In this document: one piece after another, positions 1-11,982 of the stretch
Layout of the letters: each line of letters opens with the position of its first letter
Numbering within the stretch: position 1 is the stretch's first letter
DNA from: Candidatus Omnitrophota bacterium
GTDB lineage: Bacteria > Omnitrophota > Gorgyraeia > JACQQV01
Length of the DNA stretch: 64,000 nucleotides
Assembly: GCA_016206785.1 (NCBI GenBank)
Contig: JACQQV010000008.1
Location: 4,402 to 68,401 of the forward strand
Direction: 5' to 3'
Program-made: the position numbers and the translations under genes
The notes under the pieces: model-generated
Told to the model about the DNA's origin: nothing
The model's database searches: none
What the model saw: the letters and a program-made list of their open reading frames with translations, nothing else

Positions 1-676
1 CCATGAGGACCGCCGCTGCAAGGTCCCAGGGGGCCAGCCTCATTTCCCAAAAGCCATCAAACCGGCCACACGCCACATAGCATAGATCGATGGCCGCAGA
101 TCCTGCGCGACGGATCGCCCGTGCCTTTTTGATAAAGGATGAAAAATAGTTGAGATTGTTCCGTCTGGCGACGCGCACATCGTAGGGAAAACCGGTTGCA
201 AGGAGGCTTTTGTCGAGCTGCCTTTCCGTAGAGACATGGATCTTTTTTCCATTCAAGGTGGCACCTTTTTTTCTTTCTGCGATAAAAAGTTCACGAAGCA
301 TAGGGGCGTAAACAATGCCGAAGGAAACCTCTCGGTCGACCTCGAGGCCGATCGAAACACAAAAGAATGGAAAACCATGGGCGAAGTTTGTGGTTCCGTC
401 GATCGGATCAATAATCCATTTATAAGGAGAAGAGGTTTTTGAAAGGGAACCTTCCTCTGCAAGAATTTGGTGGTCTGGAAACTTTTTTAAGAGATTTTTG
501 ACAATAAAGGCTTCACTCTTTTTGTCGATGTCGGTCACGAGGTTAATGGCATGACTTCCTTTATGGTGGACGCTCCGGATCCGTCCGTAGTTTCGGAGGA
601 GCATCTCTCCCGCCGCTACGGCAATTTTGAGTGCGGTCGATCTTATCTTGGGAAGAGGAAACTGACTCCTTTTCAT
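1..676 (-). CDS. suhB: Inositol monophosphatase family protein (3' end runs off the window)
   Basis: Not in the ORF track; translated by hand from ATG at 676, which overlaps the upstream stop (ATGA). Reads MKRSQFPLPKIRSTALKIAVAAGE...LVTDIDKKSE...EEGS...WIIDPIDGTTNFAHG...RRAGSAAIDLCYVACGRFDGFWE..LAPWDLAAAVLM, carrying the IMPase signatures. Confidence 0.95.
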   Translation of the reverse strand, partial: MKRSQFPLPKIRSTALKIAVAAGEMLLRNYGRIRSVHHKGSHAINLVTDIDKKSEAFIVKNLLKKFPDHQILAEEGSLSKTSSPYKWIIDPIDGTTNFAHGFPFFCVSIGLEVDREVSFGIVYAPMLRELFIAERKKGATLNGKKIHVSTERQLDKSLLATGFPYDVRVARRNNLNYFSSFIKKARAIRRAGSAAIDLCYVACGRFDGFWEMRLAPWDLAAAVLM

Positions 677-1674
677 TTCCGGGAAGGGGGAGGGGGTGGT
701 TTGAGGTGGGAGTCAAAAAACTGGAGTGTCTTCACGCGAATAAAAGGGATTGCCAACGCGGAACTGTAATGCCCGAGTGGAACATAATAGGTTTCGGGAT
801 ACCCGAGGGCCTTGGCGAGTTTTCGGGCATGTTTTCTTCCCACCACAAAGTCGAACCACGCGATGAAAAGATACACCTTGCGGCTGTCGATGAAATGCGC
901 AAACTCCATCGGTTCAGAGATAATCGCCTTCCGAAGCTCTTCATGAAGTTCCTCAAGGGTAAGACCTTTTCTTTTCATGAACTGTTGCCGATACCGTTGG
1001 ATCGCTCCTTCGTGGGAATAACAGATGACATCCGCAAGGTTCCCCCCCGCCAAAGCGATCAAATGACATTTGACGCGTGGTTCTATCCCACCAAGGATGG
1101 TGTTTAATATTCCCCCAAAACTAATCCCATAGGTCCCGATCCTCTCCGGATCGATCCTCTCCTGACGTTCAAGCCAGTCCAGCGCCAGGCGAACCCGGAT
1201 GACAGAGGACCGGAGGTATTCCTCCACCTTGCTCAATTCTTGATCGGGAACAAGCCTCAGTCTTTGCCGGTGGACGATTGCGCAGGCATAGCCCCGGTTC
1301 GCAAAGTAGTTGGCGAAAGAACGCTCAATGCCGTAATTTTTCCCAAGGACCGGCGTAATCACAATCAGGGGATGCCGCCTCTTTTCTTTGGGTTCGTAAT
1401 AATGAATTACCAGGGAAGAGCGATGGCCGGGGAGATCTTCAACCTGGCGGAAAATAACCCGCTTTTCTGTATAGCGTTTATGACTTCTCAACGTGTGGAT
1501 GAGCGGTGTTACGGTCAGGGGAGGATAGCGATAGTAATGGACGAGATGGGCTGGTCTTTCTGTTGGAGGGGGTGGCTGCTTGAGACGTGCGACATGTGCG
1601 CAACTCGACTCGAAGAAGAAAAGGAGGACAAGGAGTAAGATAAACTTTTTCTTAAACTTTGGAGACCGCGTCAC
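673..1674 (-). CDS. Exported (possibly lipoprotein) alpha/beta-fold hydrolase
   Basis: Basic and hydrophobic N-terminus ending FESSC; nucleophile elbow GISFGG; C-terminal GHY with the likely catalytic His. Confidence 0.8.
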   Translation of the reverse strand: MTRSPKFKKKFILLLVLLFFFESSCAHVARLKQPPPPTERPAHLVHYYRYPPLTVTPLIHTLRSHKRYTEKRVIFRQVEDLPGHRSSLVIHYYEPKEKRRHPLIVITPVLGKNYGIERSFANYFANRGYACAIVHRQRLRLVPDQELSKVEEYLRSSVIRVRLALDWLERQERIDPERIGTYGISFGGILNTILGGIEPRVKCHLIALAGGNLADVICYSHEGAIQRYRQQFMKRKGLTLEELHEELRKAIISEPMEFAHFIDSRKVYLFIAWFDFVVGRKHARKLAKALGYPETYYVPLGHYSSALAIPFIRVKTLQFFDSHLKPPPPPSRK

Positions 1675-1742
1675 GAAGATGCCCTTAAGGTTATCCCCGT
1701 ATTATAGCGCAAAAAATGTGCAACGCAATGAAATAGTTCCTG

Positions 1743-1771
1743 TTGAATGAACCCTTTCTCCATGTTATACT
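1743..1771 (+). promoter_or_regulatory. Sigma70-type promoter for tRNA-Pro
   Basis: TTGAAT-17 bp-TATACT with an extended -10 TG. Confidence 0.7.
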
Positions 1772-1793
1772 GATAAGATTTAAGCCGTAGCCT

Positions 1794-1871
1794 CGGGATG
1801 TGGCTCAGCTTGGCTAGAGCGCTTGGTTCGGGACCAAGAGGTCGGTGGTTCAAATCCACCCATCCCGACCA
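1794..1871 (+). tRNA. tRNA-Pro (anticodon CGG), CCA encoded
   Basis: Acceptor stem CGGGATG/CATCCCG followed by ACCA; D-arm GCTC/GAGC; anticodon arm CTTGG-TTCGGGA-CCAAG; T-loop GGTTCAAATCC. Confidence 0.97.
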
Positions 1872-1873
1872 AA

Positions 1874-1943
1874 TTTTCGTCTTTCGTCGTTCGTGAAGCG
1901 TCGTTCGCTACGAGATACGCTTCACGAGCTACGCTTCACGAGA
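1874..1943. repeat. Heptamer-periodic inverted repeat element
   Basis: Units ttttcgt ctttcgt cgttcgt gaagcgt cgttcgc, then tacgaga tacgctt cacgagc tacgctt cacgaga. TCGTGAAGCGT (1891-1901) is complementary to ACGCTTCACGA at both 1917-1927 and 1931-1941. Confidence 0.8.
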
Positions 1944-1948
1944 GTAAG

Positions 1949-2248
1949 GTGAAAGGGGAGAAAGTTAAGACGCAGCATAAGCGAATTCGTGTCTTTTATA
2001 CCGGGCGTGTCCAGGGGGTCGGATTCCGTTTTACCACGGAACAGATTGCCCTTTCACTTGGCATTACCGGTTGGGTGAAGAATCTTCCGGATGGAAAAGT
2101 GGAAGTGGTGGCAGAGGGAGAAGAAGCAAGACTGGTCAGTTTCCTTGAGAAAATCAAGAATGGCCCTATGAAGCCTTACCTCCGCGGGGTGGAGGTAGAG
2201 TGGGGAGAGGTCAAAGGGGAGTTTAAGGAGTTCGGCATTCGATTCTAA
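1949..2248 (+). CDS. acyP: Acylphosphatase
   Basis: GRVQGVGFR and GWVKNLPDGKVE signatures. GTG at 1949 is chosen because the longer track ORF overlaps the tRNA. Confidence 0.92.
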   Translation: MKGEKVKTQHKRIRVFYTGRVQGVGFRFTTEQIALSLGITGWVKNLPDGKVEVVAEGEEARLVSFLEKIKNGPMKPYLRGVEVEWGEVKGEFKEFGIRF

Positions 2249-2308
2249 AATGAAAAACGTATTTTTGAGTTTTGCGTTTTAAATTTTTAGTTGGGAGGTT
2301 TACTCCAT

Positions 2309-5517
<3,209 letters not shown>

Positions 5518-5525
5518 GAGAACCA

Positions 5526-6416
5526 TTGGATTCGAGAGAAGTCATGAAACTTTTTCTGGACCACCTTTCCATCGAGAGGGGTCTTTCCCAGAACACGTTG
5601 TCCGCCTACCAGGGGGACCTCGAGAGGTATTTTCGGTATCTCGAAAAGAAGGGACTCCCTTTAGAGAAAGGGGGAAAAGAGGAGATCCGGTCGTTTATGA
5701 TCTCCGAAAAGGAGAAAGGTCTTTCAGCGAGGTCGATCGGGAGGCGACTGGTCACCCTTCGAACCTTTCATCGATTTCTGATGGGGGAAAAGATTCTCAA
5801 GGAAGATCCGACAGCGCTTCTGGAATCTCCGAAACTTTGGCGAAAACTCCCAGACGTCCTGACGGTGGAAGAAGTCAATCGGTTATTGACCGCTCCGACC
5901 GGACGCCATTGGATGGCTTTACGAGACCGCGCTTTTTTGGAAATTTTGTATGCAGCGGGGCTTCGGGTATCGGAGGCCGCTTCCCTGAAACTCGAAGACC
6001 TTCATTTAGATGTCGGATTTCTCCGTTGTTTGGGGAAGGGGGGGAAAGAGCGGATCGTTCCAGTCGGGCAGTCGGCGATTCAGAGCCTCCGGCATTATCT
6101 GAATCGCGGTCGTCCGAGAATCGCCCGAGTAAAGGACAAAAATTTTCTTTTCCTTTCTCGGTTGGGAAAACACCTCTCCCGTCAAAGTCTTTGGAAGATT
6201 ATCCAGAAAAATGCGAGAGAAGCGCGTCTTAAAAAACGGATTACACCGCACACCCTGCGACATTCCTTTGCGAGCCATCTGTTGGAGCGGGGAGCGGATC
6301 TGCGGGTTGTTCAGGAGATGTTAGGTCATTCCGACATTTCAACGACCCAGCTGTATACCCATGTGGATAAGGGACGGCTCAAGGCGATTCATGAGAAATA
6401 CCACCCGAGGCCCTGA
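5526..6416 (+). CDS. xerD: Site-specific tyrosine recombinase XerD
   Basis: RDRAFLEILYAAGLRVSE, GKGGKER, HTLRHSFASHLL and LGHSDISTTQLYTH. Confidence 0.93.
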   Translation: MDSREVMKLFLDHLSIERGLSQNTLSAYQGDLERYFRYLEKKGLPLEKGGKEEIRSFMISEKEKGLSARSIGRRLVTLRTFHRFLMGEKILKEDPTALLESPKLWRKLPDVLTVEEVNRLLTAPTGRHWMALRDRAFLEILYAAGLRVSEAASLKLEDLHLDVGFLRCLGKGGKERIVPVGQSAIQSLRHYLNRGRPRIARVKDKNFLFLSRLGKHLSRQSLWKIIQKNAREARLKKRITPHTLRHSFASHLLERGADLRVVQEMLGHSDISTTQLYTHVDKGRLKAIHEKYHPRP

Positions 6417-6419
6417 ACG

Positions 6420-6701
6420 ATGATTGTGGGAATTCTTCAGATTGAACTCCGCCTCCATGAGAGCCATTCATTGAAAGAGAAGAGGATGGTTCTCAAGGGA
6501 CTCAAGGATCGTCTTCATGAACGGTTTAATGTTTCTGTTTCCGAGATCGACCACCAGGATGCGTGGCAACGGGCCTTGATTGGCATTGCGACCATCGGAA
6601 CCGACAAGGTGTATGTGAATGGTCTTTTGTCAAAAGTCCTTGATTGGGTCACTGCCCATCGCGCGGTCGAACTGGTTTCAAGCCAGATGGAGATGTTATA
6701 A
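6420..6701 (+). CDS. DUF503 (YlxP-like) protein
   Basis: SLKEKR...FNVSVSEIDHQDAWQRA pattern, located just upstream of rbfA. Confidence 0.88.
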   Translation: MIVGILQIELRLHESHSLKEKRMVLKGLKDRLHERFNVSVSEIDHQDAWQRALIGIATIGTDKVYVNGLLSKVLDWVTAHRAVELVSSQMEML

Positions 6702-6702
6702 G

Positions 6703-7062
6703 ATGAGCAATCGTCCGAACAAAGTTGCCATGGCCATTAAGGAGGAGATTAGTCAAATCCTCCTCCGTGAACTGAAGGATCCTCGCATCGGTTTTATTAC
6801 GGTCACACACGTCGAACTTACCCCTGATCTTAAGATCGCCCATATTTTCTACAGCATCCTGGGAGACGCGAAGGTTGTGGAGAATTCCGAACGGGCCTTA
6901 GAGGTCGCCAAAGGATATATCCGGAAACTTCTGGGAGACCGGATGAAGCTCCGATTCGTCCCGGAACTTCATTTCCGGAGAGACGATTCGATCGAGCAGA
7001 GCTTCCGCATCACGGAAATTTTGAATAGACTCAAAGGAGAGAAAGAGGACCATGCAAAGTAA
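6703..7062 (+). CDS. rbfA: Ribosome-binding factor A
   Basis: LKDPRIGFITVTHVELTPDLK and LRFVPELHFRRDDS. Confidence 0.95.
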   Translation: MSNRPNKVAMAIKEEISQILLRELKDPRIGFITVTHVELTPDLKIAHIFYSILGDAKVVENSERALEVAKGYIRKLLGDRMKLRFVPELHFRRDDSIEQSFRITEILNRLKGEKEDHAK

Positions 7063-8047
7063 GGCGAAAATTATCGAAACGATCCGGCGCCACAAACGGT
7101 TTCTGATCTCCTCCCATATAAACCCTGAAGGGGATTCCCTGGGAAGTGCGTTGGCATTAAGGGGACTTCTTGTGAAATTGGGAAAGAAGGTAGAGGTGGT
7201 GTGGGATGGCCCTGTTCCTCCCGCTTACCGTTTTCTCCCTGGTACCTCGGTCATCAAAAGAAAACCTTCTTTTTCCTACGACACGGCCTTCATTGTCGAT
7301 TGTCCGACGCTCTCCAGGATCGGCCGCACCCAGCAATTCATCGATAAGAGAAAGCCGCTCTGTGCCATTGACCACCATATTTCGAATGAGCGTTTTGGGA
7401 CAGTCAACTGGGTTGACCCTGAAGCGGCCGCCGTCGGTGAAATGGTCTACTTCCTTTTCAAAATGTTTAAGGTCAAACCGGATCGGAATGACGCAACCAA
7501 CCTCTATGCTTCCATCGTGGGGGATACCGGTTCCTTTCGCTATTCCAACACGACACCCAAAATTCATCGGGTGGCTGCGGAACTGATAGCACTTGGGGTG
7601 AGTCCCGCGGTGATCTCAAACGCCCTTTACGAATCGACCTCTCTTCACTCGCGACGTCTTTTGGCCCTTGCGTTGGGAACACTCAAAGTCGATCGGGGCG
7701 GGAAAATGGCCTGGATCAAGGTGACGCAAAAGATGTTTTCAAAATGTCAGGCCACTTCGCAAGATTCAGAAGGATTTGTTGATTACCCTCGCTCCCTCAA
7801 GGGGGTTCAGGCCGCGGTACTCCTGCGGGAGGAAGAAGGGGGAGGGGTCAAGGTCAGTTTCCGCTCCAAGAGCGGTTTCGATGTCAACCGCATCGCCCGC
7901 CGCTTTGGAGGAGGAGGCCATCGCGCGGCGAGCGGTTGCTTCATTCGTGAGACCCTTCCAAAGGCGGAAGCGATGGTCCTTCAAGAAATCAGGAAAGCGC
8001 TTCGTGAAAATGCTGAAAGATCCGTCCGGTATACTCCTCATCGATAA
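7052..8047 (+). CDS. nrnA: DHH/DHHA1 bifunctional oligoribonuclease/PAP phosphatase
   Basis: HINPEGDSLGS, IDHH, DTGSF and SFRS...GGGGH; lies between rbfA and truB. Confidence 0.9.
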   Translation: MQSKAKIIETIRRHKRFLISSHINPEGDSLGSALALRGLLVKLGKKVEVVWDGPVPPAYRFLPGTSVIKRKPSFSYDTAFIVDCPTLSRIGRTQQFIDKRKPLCAIDHHISNERFGTVNWVDPEAAAVGEMVYFLFKMFKVKPDRNDATNLYASIVGDTGSFRYSNTTPKIHRVAAELIALGVSPAVISNALYESTSLHSRRLLALALGTLKVDRGGKMAWIKVTQKMFSKCQATSQDSEGFVDYPRSLKGVQAAVLLREEEGGGVKVSFRSKSGFDVNRIARRFGGGGHRAASGCFIRETLPKAEAMVLQEIRKALRENAERSVRYTPHR

Positions 8048-8726
8048 GCCTGAGGGGGTCACCTCTCATGACGTGGTCGCCTGCGTCCGGAAGAACGGGC
8101 ACTTTAGCAAGGTGGGGCATGCAGGGACGCTGGATCCTTTGGCCACAGGACTTCTTGTCCTTTTGGTGGGAGGCGCCACTCACTATTTCTCTTTTTTAAT
8201 GCAAGGCGAGAAATCTTACGAAGCGATAGTGACTCTCGGCGTTTCGACAGAGACAGGGGATCGGGAAGGGAGAATCACCCGCTCCGCTTCTTATGAGGGG
8301 GTCACCTTGGAGAAAGTTCAGAAGGCATTTGAAACGCTTCAAGGGCCCCAAGAACAGATCCCTCCCATGTATTCGGCGATCAAATATCAGGGGAAGAGAT
8401 TGTATCAAATGGTTCGTAGAGGTGTTTCGGTTGAGAGGCGACCGCGACCCATTTTTATTCGCACCCTTGAACTCCTGGCCTTTCATCCTCCCACCCTTTC
8501 TTTCTTCCTAGTCTGCTCAAAGGGAACCTATGTGCGCGCCCTTGTCGAAACGATGGGAGAGAAGTGGGGATGCCCGAGTCATCTCTCAGCGCTCCGTCGT
8601 GTTCAGTCAGGTTTTTTCTCAGTTGCGGAAGCGGTCCTCTTTGAAAAAGTGCGTCGTCTGGATCGAAGCGCCCTCCTCCCTTTTCTCCGTGAACTTCCAG
8701 CATCCGACAGATCCTCCTTCAGATGA
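8010..8726 (+). CDS. truB: tRNA pseudouridine(55) synthase
   Basis: IDKPEGVTSHDVV, KVGHAGTLDPLATG, QIPPMYSAIK and CSKGTYVR. Confidence 0.95.
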   Translation: MLKDPSGILLIDKPEGVTSHDVVACVRKNGHFSKVGHAGTLDPLATGLLVLLVGGATHYFSFLMQGEKSYEAIVTLGVSTETGDREGRITRSASYEGVTLEKVQKAFETLQGPQEQIPPMYSAIKYQGKRLYQMVRRGVSVERRPRPIFIRTLELLAFHPPTLSFFLVCSKGTYVRALVETMGEKWGCPSHLSALRRVQSGFFSVAEAVLFEKVRRLDRSALLPFLRELPASDRSSFR

Positions 8727-9700
8727 ACGTTTTTTTTGGGCTTCGCCACATCCAACGTCCCTTTCGTCGTCCCATCGTGACCCTCGGTGCCTTTGACGGG
8801 ATTCACCTTGCCCACCGATTCATTTTGCACAGGATCATCCAAAAGGCGCGCCGGGTGAAAGGGACTTCCCTCCTTGTCACCTTTGATCCCCACCCCCTCA
8901 AGATCCTCAGGCCCGATCGCCCTTTTTCTTCCTTAACCTGCATTGAACATCGTCTTAAGATTCTCTCTGAGTTGGGGCTTGACACCTGTGTGGTGCTTCG
9001 GTTCACAAAACAGTTCTCTCGACTTTCGGCGAAGGCCTTCATCGAAGAAATCCTTGTGGGAAAATTAGGAATCTCGGAACTTTGGGTCGGATTTAATTAT
9101 GCCTTCGGAAGAGACAGGGAAGGGAATATCCAGCTTCTTAAGGAGTATGGCAAACGGTACGGGTTCAGGGTGAGACAAATCCCTGAAGTGAAAATGGGGA
9201 AGAAGCGCTTCTCAAGCACCAAAATAAGAACGCTTATTGCCAGGGGGGATCTTACAACGGCTTCCCATTTTTTGGGTCGTCCGTACTCTCTTTACGGGAA
9301 GGTTGTGAAGGGAAGCGGTCGAGGGAAATGGCTTGGCTACCCCACCGCAAACCTGAAACCCTATCATGAAGCGATTCCCCCGAAGGGGGTTTACGGGGTC
9401 AAGGTGTTCCTTCCTCACAAGAGAAAGGGCTATACCGGAATTCTAAATATTGGGCATAGGCCGACGTTTGAAAAGAGAAGTCCTCTTACTCTGGAGGTGC
9501 ACCTTCTTGATTTTCGAGGGGATCTTTACGGCAGGAAAATCGAGGTCGCCTTTCTAAAGAAGATCCGTTCAGAGAGACTGTTTTCTACGAAAGAAGCTCT
9601 CCTTCAAAGGATCCGGTGTGACGAGGATATTGCAAGAAAGATGGCTACCGTTCCAGTCCCGTCAGCAGTTCTTCCAGGTCGAAGGGGTCTGCCTTGGTAA
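8723..9700 (+). CDS. ribF: Bifunctional riboflavin kinase/FAD synthetase
   Basis: GAFDGIHLAH, TFDPHP, SSTKIR, LGYPTAN, GVY and LEVHLLDF. Confidence 0.95.
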   Translation: MNVFFGLRHIQRPFRRPIVTLGAFDGIHLAHRFILHRIIQKARRVKGTSLLVTFDPHPLKILRPDRPFSSLTCIEHRLKILSELGLDTCVVLRFTKQFSRLSAKAFIEEILVGKLGISELWVGFNYAFGRDREGNIQLLKEYGKRYGFRVRQIPEVKMGKKRFSSTKIRTLIARGDLTTASHFLGRPYSLYGKVVKGSGRGKWLGYPTANLKPYHEAIPPKGVYGVKVFLPHKRKGYTGILNIGHRPTFEKRSPLTLEVHLLDFRGDLYGRKIEVAFLKKIRSERLFSTKEALLQRIRCDEDIARKMATVPVPSAVLPGRRGLPW

Positions 9701-9974
9701 ATCGAACTCCTGCATCAAATCCCTTTCCCCGGGGGTGGTTTTCCTTAAGCCACACCAACTCTCCTGAGGCGGTGGTAGGACGTGCGCGATGGGGGAGGTA
9801 AATGCGCAGGGAGAGCCGGCATCCCAAATCAAGCCTTTCCTTGACCTGAAATTGGATCCCGCCCAATGAAATATTCTTTGCCGTCGCTTCGCCCTTAACC
9901 CACCCTTTTCCAGGGACGGTGTATTCTACCTCTACCGGAAGATCAAGCCGTTCGAAGCTTCGCCCTTCTGTCAT
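9645..9974 (-). CDS. Single-domain PilZ protein
   Basis: RSFER (RxxxR) and NISLGG (D/NxSxxG) motifs; C-terminal GVRF. Confidence 0.85.
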   Translation of the reverse strand: MTEGRSFERLDLPVEVEYTVPGKGWVKGEATAKNISLGGIQFQVKERLDLGCRLSLRIYLPHRARPTTASGELVWLKENHPRGKGFDAGVRFTKADPFDLEELLTGLER

Positions 9975-10105
9975 ACCTTCACTTTACTTTGGATTTTATC
10001 TTCCGTCAAGCGTTATTTTCGGAGATCCGTTACCCCTATAAACCCAATATGTTGTGTGTGACAGAATGTCAAACCACAAAAAACAAAAAAAATTTTTTTT
10101 TCCTC

Positions 10106-10134
10106 TTGACAAGGGTGATCCCCTATGGCATACT
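10106..10134 (+). promoter_or_regulatory. Sigma70-type promoter of the mraZ/dcw operon
   Basis: TTGACA-17 bp-CATACT with an extended -10 TG and an upstream A/T tract. Confidence 0.75.
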
Positions 10135-10135
10135 C

Positions 10136-10183
10136 AGTGGCGTTAAGTGGATAAAAGTGGAGGAAAGTGGTAAATTACAGTGG
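10136..10183 (+). promoter_or_regulatory. MraZ-binding repeats (AGTGG)
   Basis: GTGG at 10137, 10147, 10157 and 10167 (10-bp period) and at 10180, immediately upstream of mraZ. This matches the known MraZ operator layout. Confidence 0.85.
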
Positions 10184-10212
10184 AGCATTCGTGCTTCTGA
10201 GTTGAGGGCCTA

Positions 10213-10659
10213 ATGTTCTATGGAGAATACGAACACACACTGGACCGAAAAGGTCGACTTATTGTCCCCTCGAAATTCCGTGAGGTGGCCCAGGCCCACT
10301 ACGTGGAAAAGTTTTTTGTCACAAGGGGGCTTGATAAATGCCTCTTCTTTTTCACGGAGGAGGAGTGGAAACTCCAGGAAGCAAAGTTTAAGTCTTTATC
10401 TTTCACGAAACCTGAAGCCCGTAAGTTCAACAGACTCTATTTTTCTGGAGCCTGTGAACTCACCGTGGACAAGCAGGGAAGAGTCTTAATTCCGAAGTAT
10501 CTGAAAGACTTTGCCGGGATTAAGCAGAATGTGGTCGTGATCGGGGTTTCAAACCGCATCGAGATCTGGGCGAAGGAAAAATGGAAGGAGTTCTACGAAG
10601 GGAACAAAGACTCCTTCGAAGACGTTGCAGATAAATTGGTAGATCCTTCCTCTGAATGA
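10213..10659 (+). CDS. mraZ: Transcriptional regulator MraZ
   Basis: MFYGEYEHTLDRKGRLIVP and DKQGRVLIP (two DxxGR repeats). Confidence 0.97.
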   Translation: MFYGEYEHTLDRKGRLIVPSKFREVAQAHYVEKFFVTRGLDKCLFFFTEEEWKLQEAKFKSLSFTKPEARKFNRLYFSGACELTVDKQGRVLIPKYLKDFAGIKQNVVVIGVSNRIEIWAKEKWKEFYEGNKDSFEDVADKLVDPSSE

Positions 10660-10660
10660 G

Positions 10661-11596
10661 GTGGAAGGGATTTTCAAGGGAACGGTAGGGGACTCGGAAC
10701 CCGAGACACTCCATCACGAAAGTGTACTCGCGAAAGAGGCGCTGGCGATTCTTTCTCCGGGTCCAGGAAAGACCATCGTGGACGCCACGGTCGGTCTAGG
10801 GGGTCATAGTCGATTGATTCTTGAAACCATTCAACCTACAGGGAGACTGATCGGCATCGACCGGGATGATCGGTCCCTGGCAGAGGCCGAAAAAAGACTT
10901 CATTCCTTTAAAGACTCCCTGGTTCTTATTCACGACAATTTCGCAAACTTAGGCAATATCCTCGAAAGCCTCAAGGTTCAGAAACTCGATGGCATCCTTT
11001 TTGACCTGGGGCTTTCTTCATTTCAGCTTTCGGAGGCGGACCGGGGGTTCAGTTTCTTAAGGGAAGGGCCTCTCGATATGCGAATGGACCTCCGCGGGAG
11101 AAGGACCGCCGCCGACTTGGTCAATCACAAAAGCGAGAAAGAACTTGATCGCATTCTTTGGGAATTTGGTGAAGAACGTTGGCATCGGAGGATCGCTCAG
11201 CGGATCGCGAAGGCGAGAAAAAGGGCACCCATAACCACTACTACCCAATTGGCCGAACTCGTTACGCGAGCGATCCCCCGTGCCACATTTACGCGAATTC
11301 ATCCCGCCACCCGAACCTTTATGGCCTTACGGATCGCAGTGAATCAGGAACTTGAGGCGCTGGACCAGGCGATCCGTCAGGCCCTTGATTTTTTAAATCC
11401 CGGTGCTCGAATCGTCGTGATTTCCTTTCATTCCCTCGAGGACCGGATCGTGAAGAACTGTTTCCGCGAGGCTGCAAGGGAAAGGCGGCTGGTCCTTGTG
11501 ACCAAAAAGCCGATCACCCCTTCCCTTGAGGAGATGCGGAAAAATCCCAGGTCTCGTGGTGCGAAACTCCGCAGTGCGGAAAAACCCTCCCCATGA
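10661..11596 (+). CDS. rsmH: 16S rRNA m4C1402 methyltransferase
   Basis: DATVGLGGHS, DLGLSSFQL, RGFSF, PLDMRMD, HPATRTF and ISFHSLEDRIVK. Confidence 0.97.
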   Translation: MEGIFKGTVGDSEPETLHHESVLAKEALAILSPGPGKTIVDATVGLGGHSRLILETIQPTGRLIGIDRDDRSLAEAEKRLHSFKDSLVLIHDNFANLGNILESLKVQKLDGILFDLGLSSFQLSEADRGFSFLREGPLDMRMDLRGRRTAADLVNHKSEKELDRILWEFGEERWHRRIAQRIAKARKRAPITTTTQLAELVTRAIPRATFTRIHPATRTFMALRIAVNQELEALDQAIRQALDFLNPGARIVVISFHSLEDRIVKNCFREAARERRLVLVTKKPITPSLEEMRKNPRSRGAKLRSAEKPSP

Positions 11597-11946
11597 CGCT
11601 TCCGCGCATCCTTTTTCTCATCGCTGTTGTCACCTTCTCTGTTTGTCTTTATGTCCACGAGCAGGTCTCTAAGGTGATCCTTCTCTACGAGATACAACAT
11701 TACCAGAAGGAAAGGGTTGTACTGGATGACACCCACGATGTCTTGAGGTATCAAGTGAGCGCCCTCCAGTCTCCCAGATCCCTGGAGAGCCTTCTTGCCA
11801 AAAGAAACGTTCTTCTGGACCTGCCTGCAGACCATAAGGTTGTTCGTGTAGCCATGCGAGAGAGAAAGGAACCGCTCCCCACCAAGCAGAAGAACTTTCT
11901 GGAAATCTTCAGCACTACGAAAGTCGCAGAAGCGGGTTCGCGTTAA
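11593..11946 (+). CDS. ftsL: FtsL-like cell division protein
   Basis: Small protein with one TM segment and a coiled coil, between rsmH and ftsI. The call rests mainly on position. Confidence 0.65.
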   Translation: MTLPRILFLIAVVTFSVCLYVHEQVSKVILLYEIQHYQKERVVLDDTHDVLRYQVSALQSPRSLESLLAKRNVLLDLPADHKVVRVAMRERKEPLPTKQKNFLEIFSTTKVAEAGSR

Positions 11947-11982
11947 CTCTCTTCTCTCCAAAACCTATTTTGAGGATGGGGC

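Noticed and set aside
1794-1871. tRNA-Pro as an island integration site
   Set aside because: I saw no duplicated tRNA 3' end in the window, and the flanking genes are housekeeping.
1823-1948. Long N-terminal extension of acylphosphatase
   Set aside because: It overlaps the tRNA and the repeat. GTG 1949 gives a normal-length protein.
5526-6416. Tyrosine recombinase as the integrase of a mobile element
   Set aside because: It has the XerD signature and sits in a housekeeping operon. I saw no att repeats or phage genes.
10136-10183. CRISPR-like or novel repeat array
   Set aside because: The 10-bp-period GTGG boxes match the known MraZ operator; there are no spacers or cas genes.
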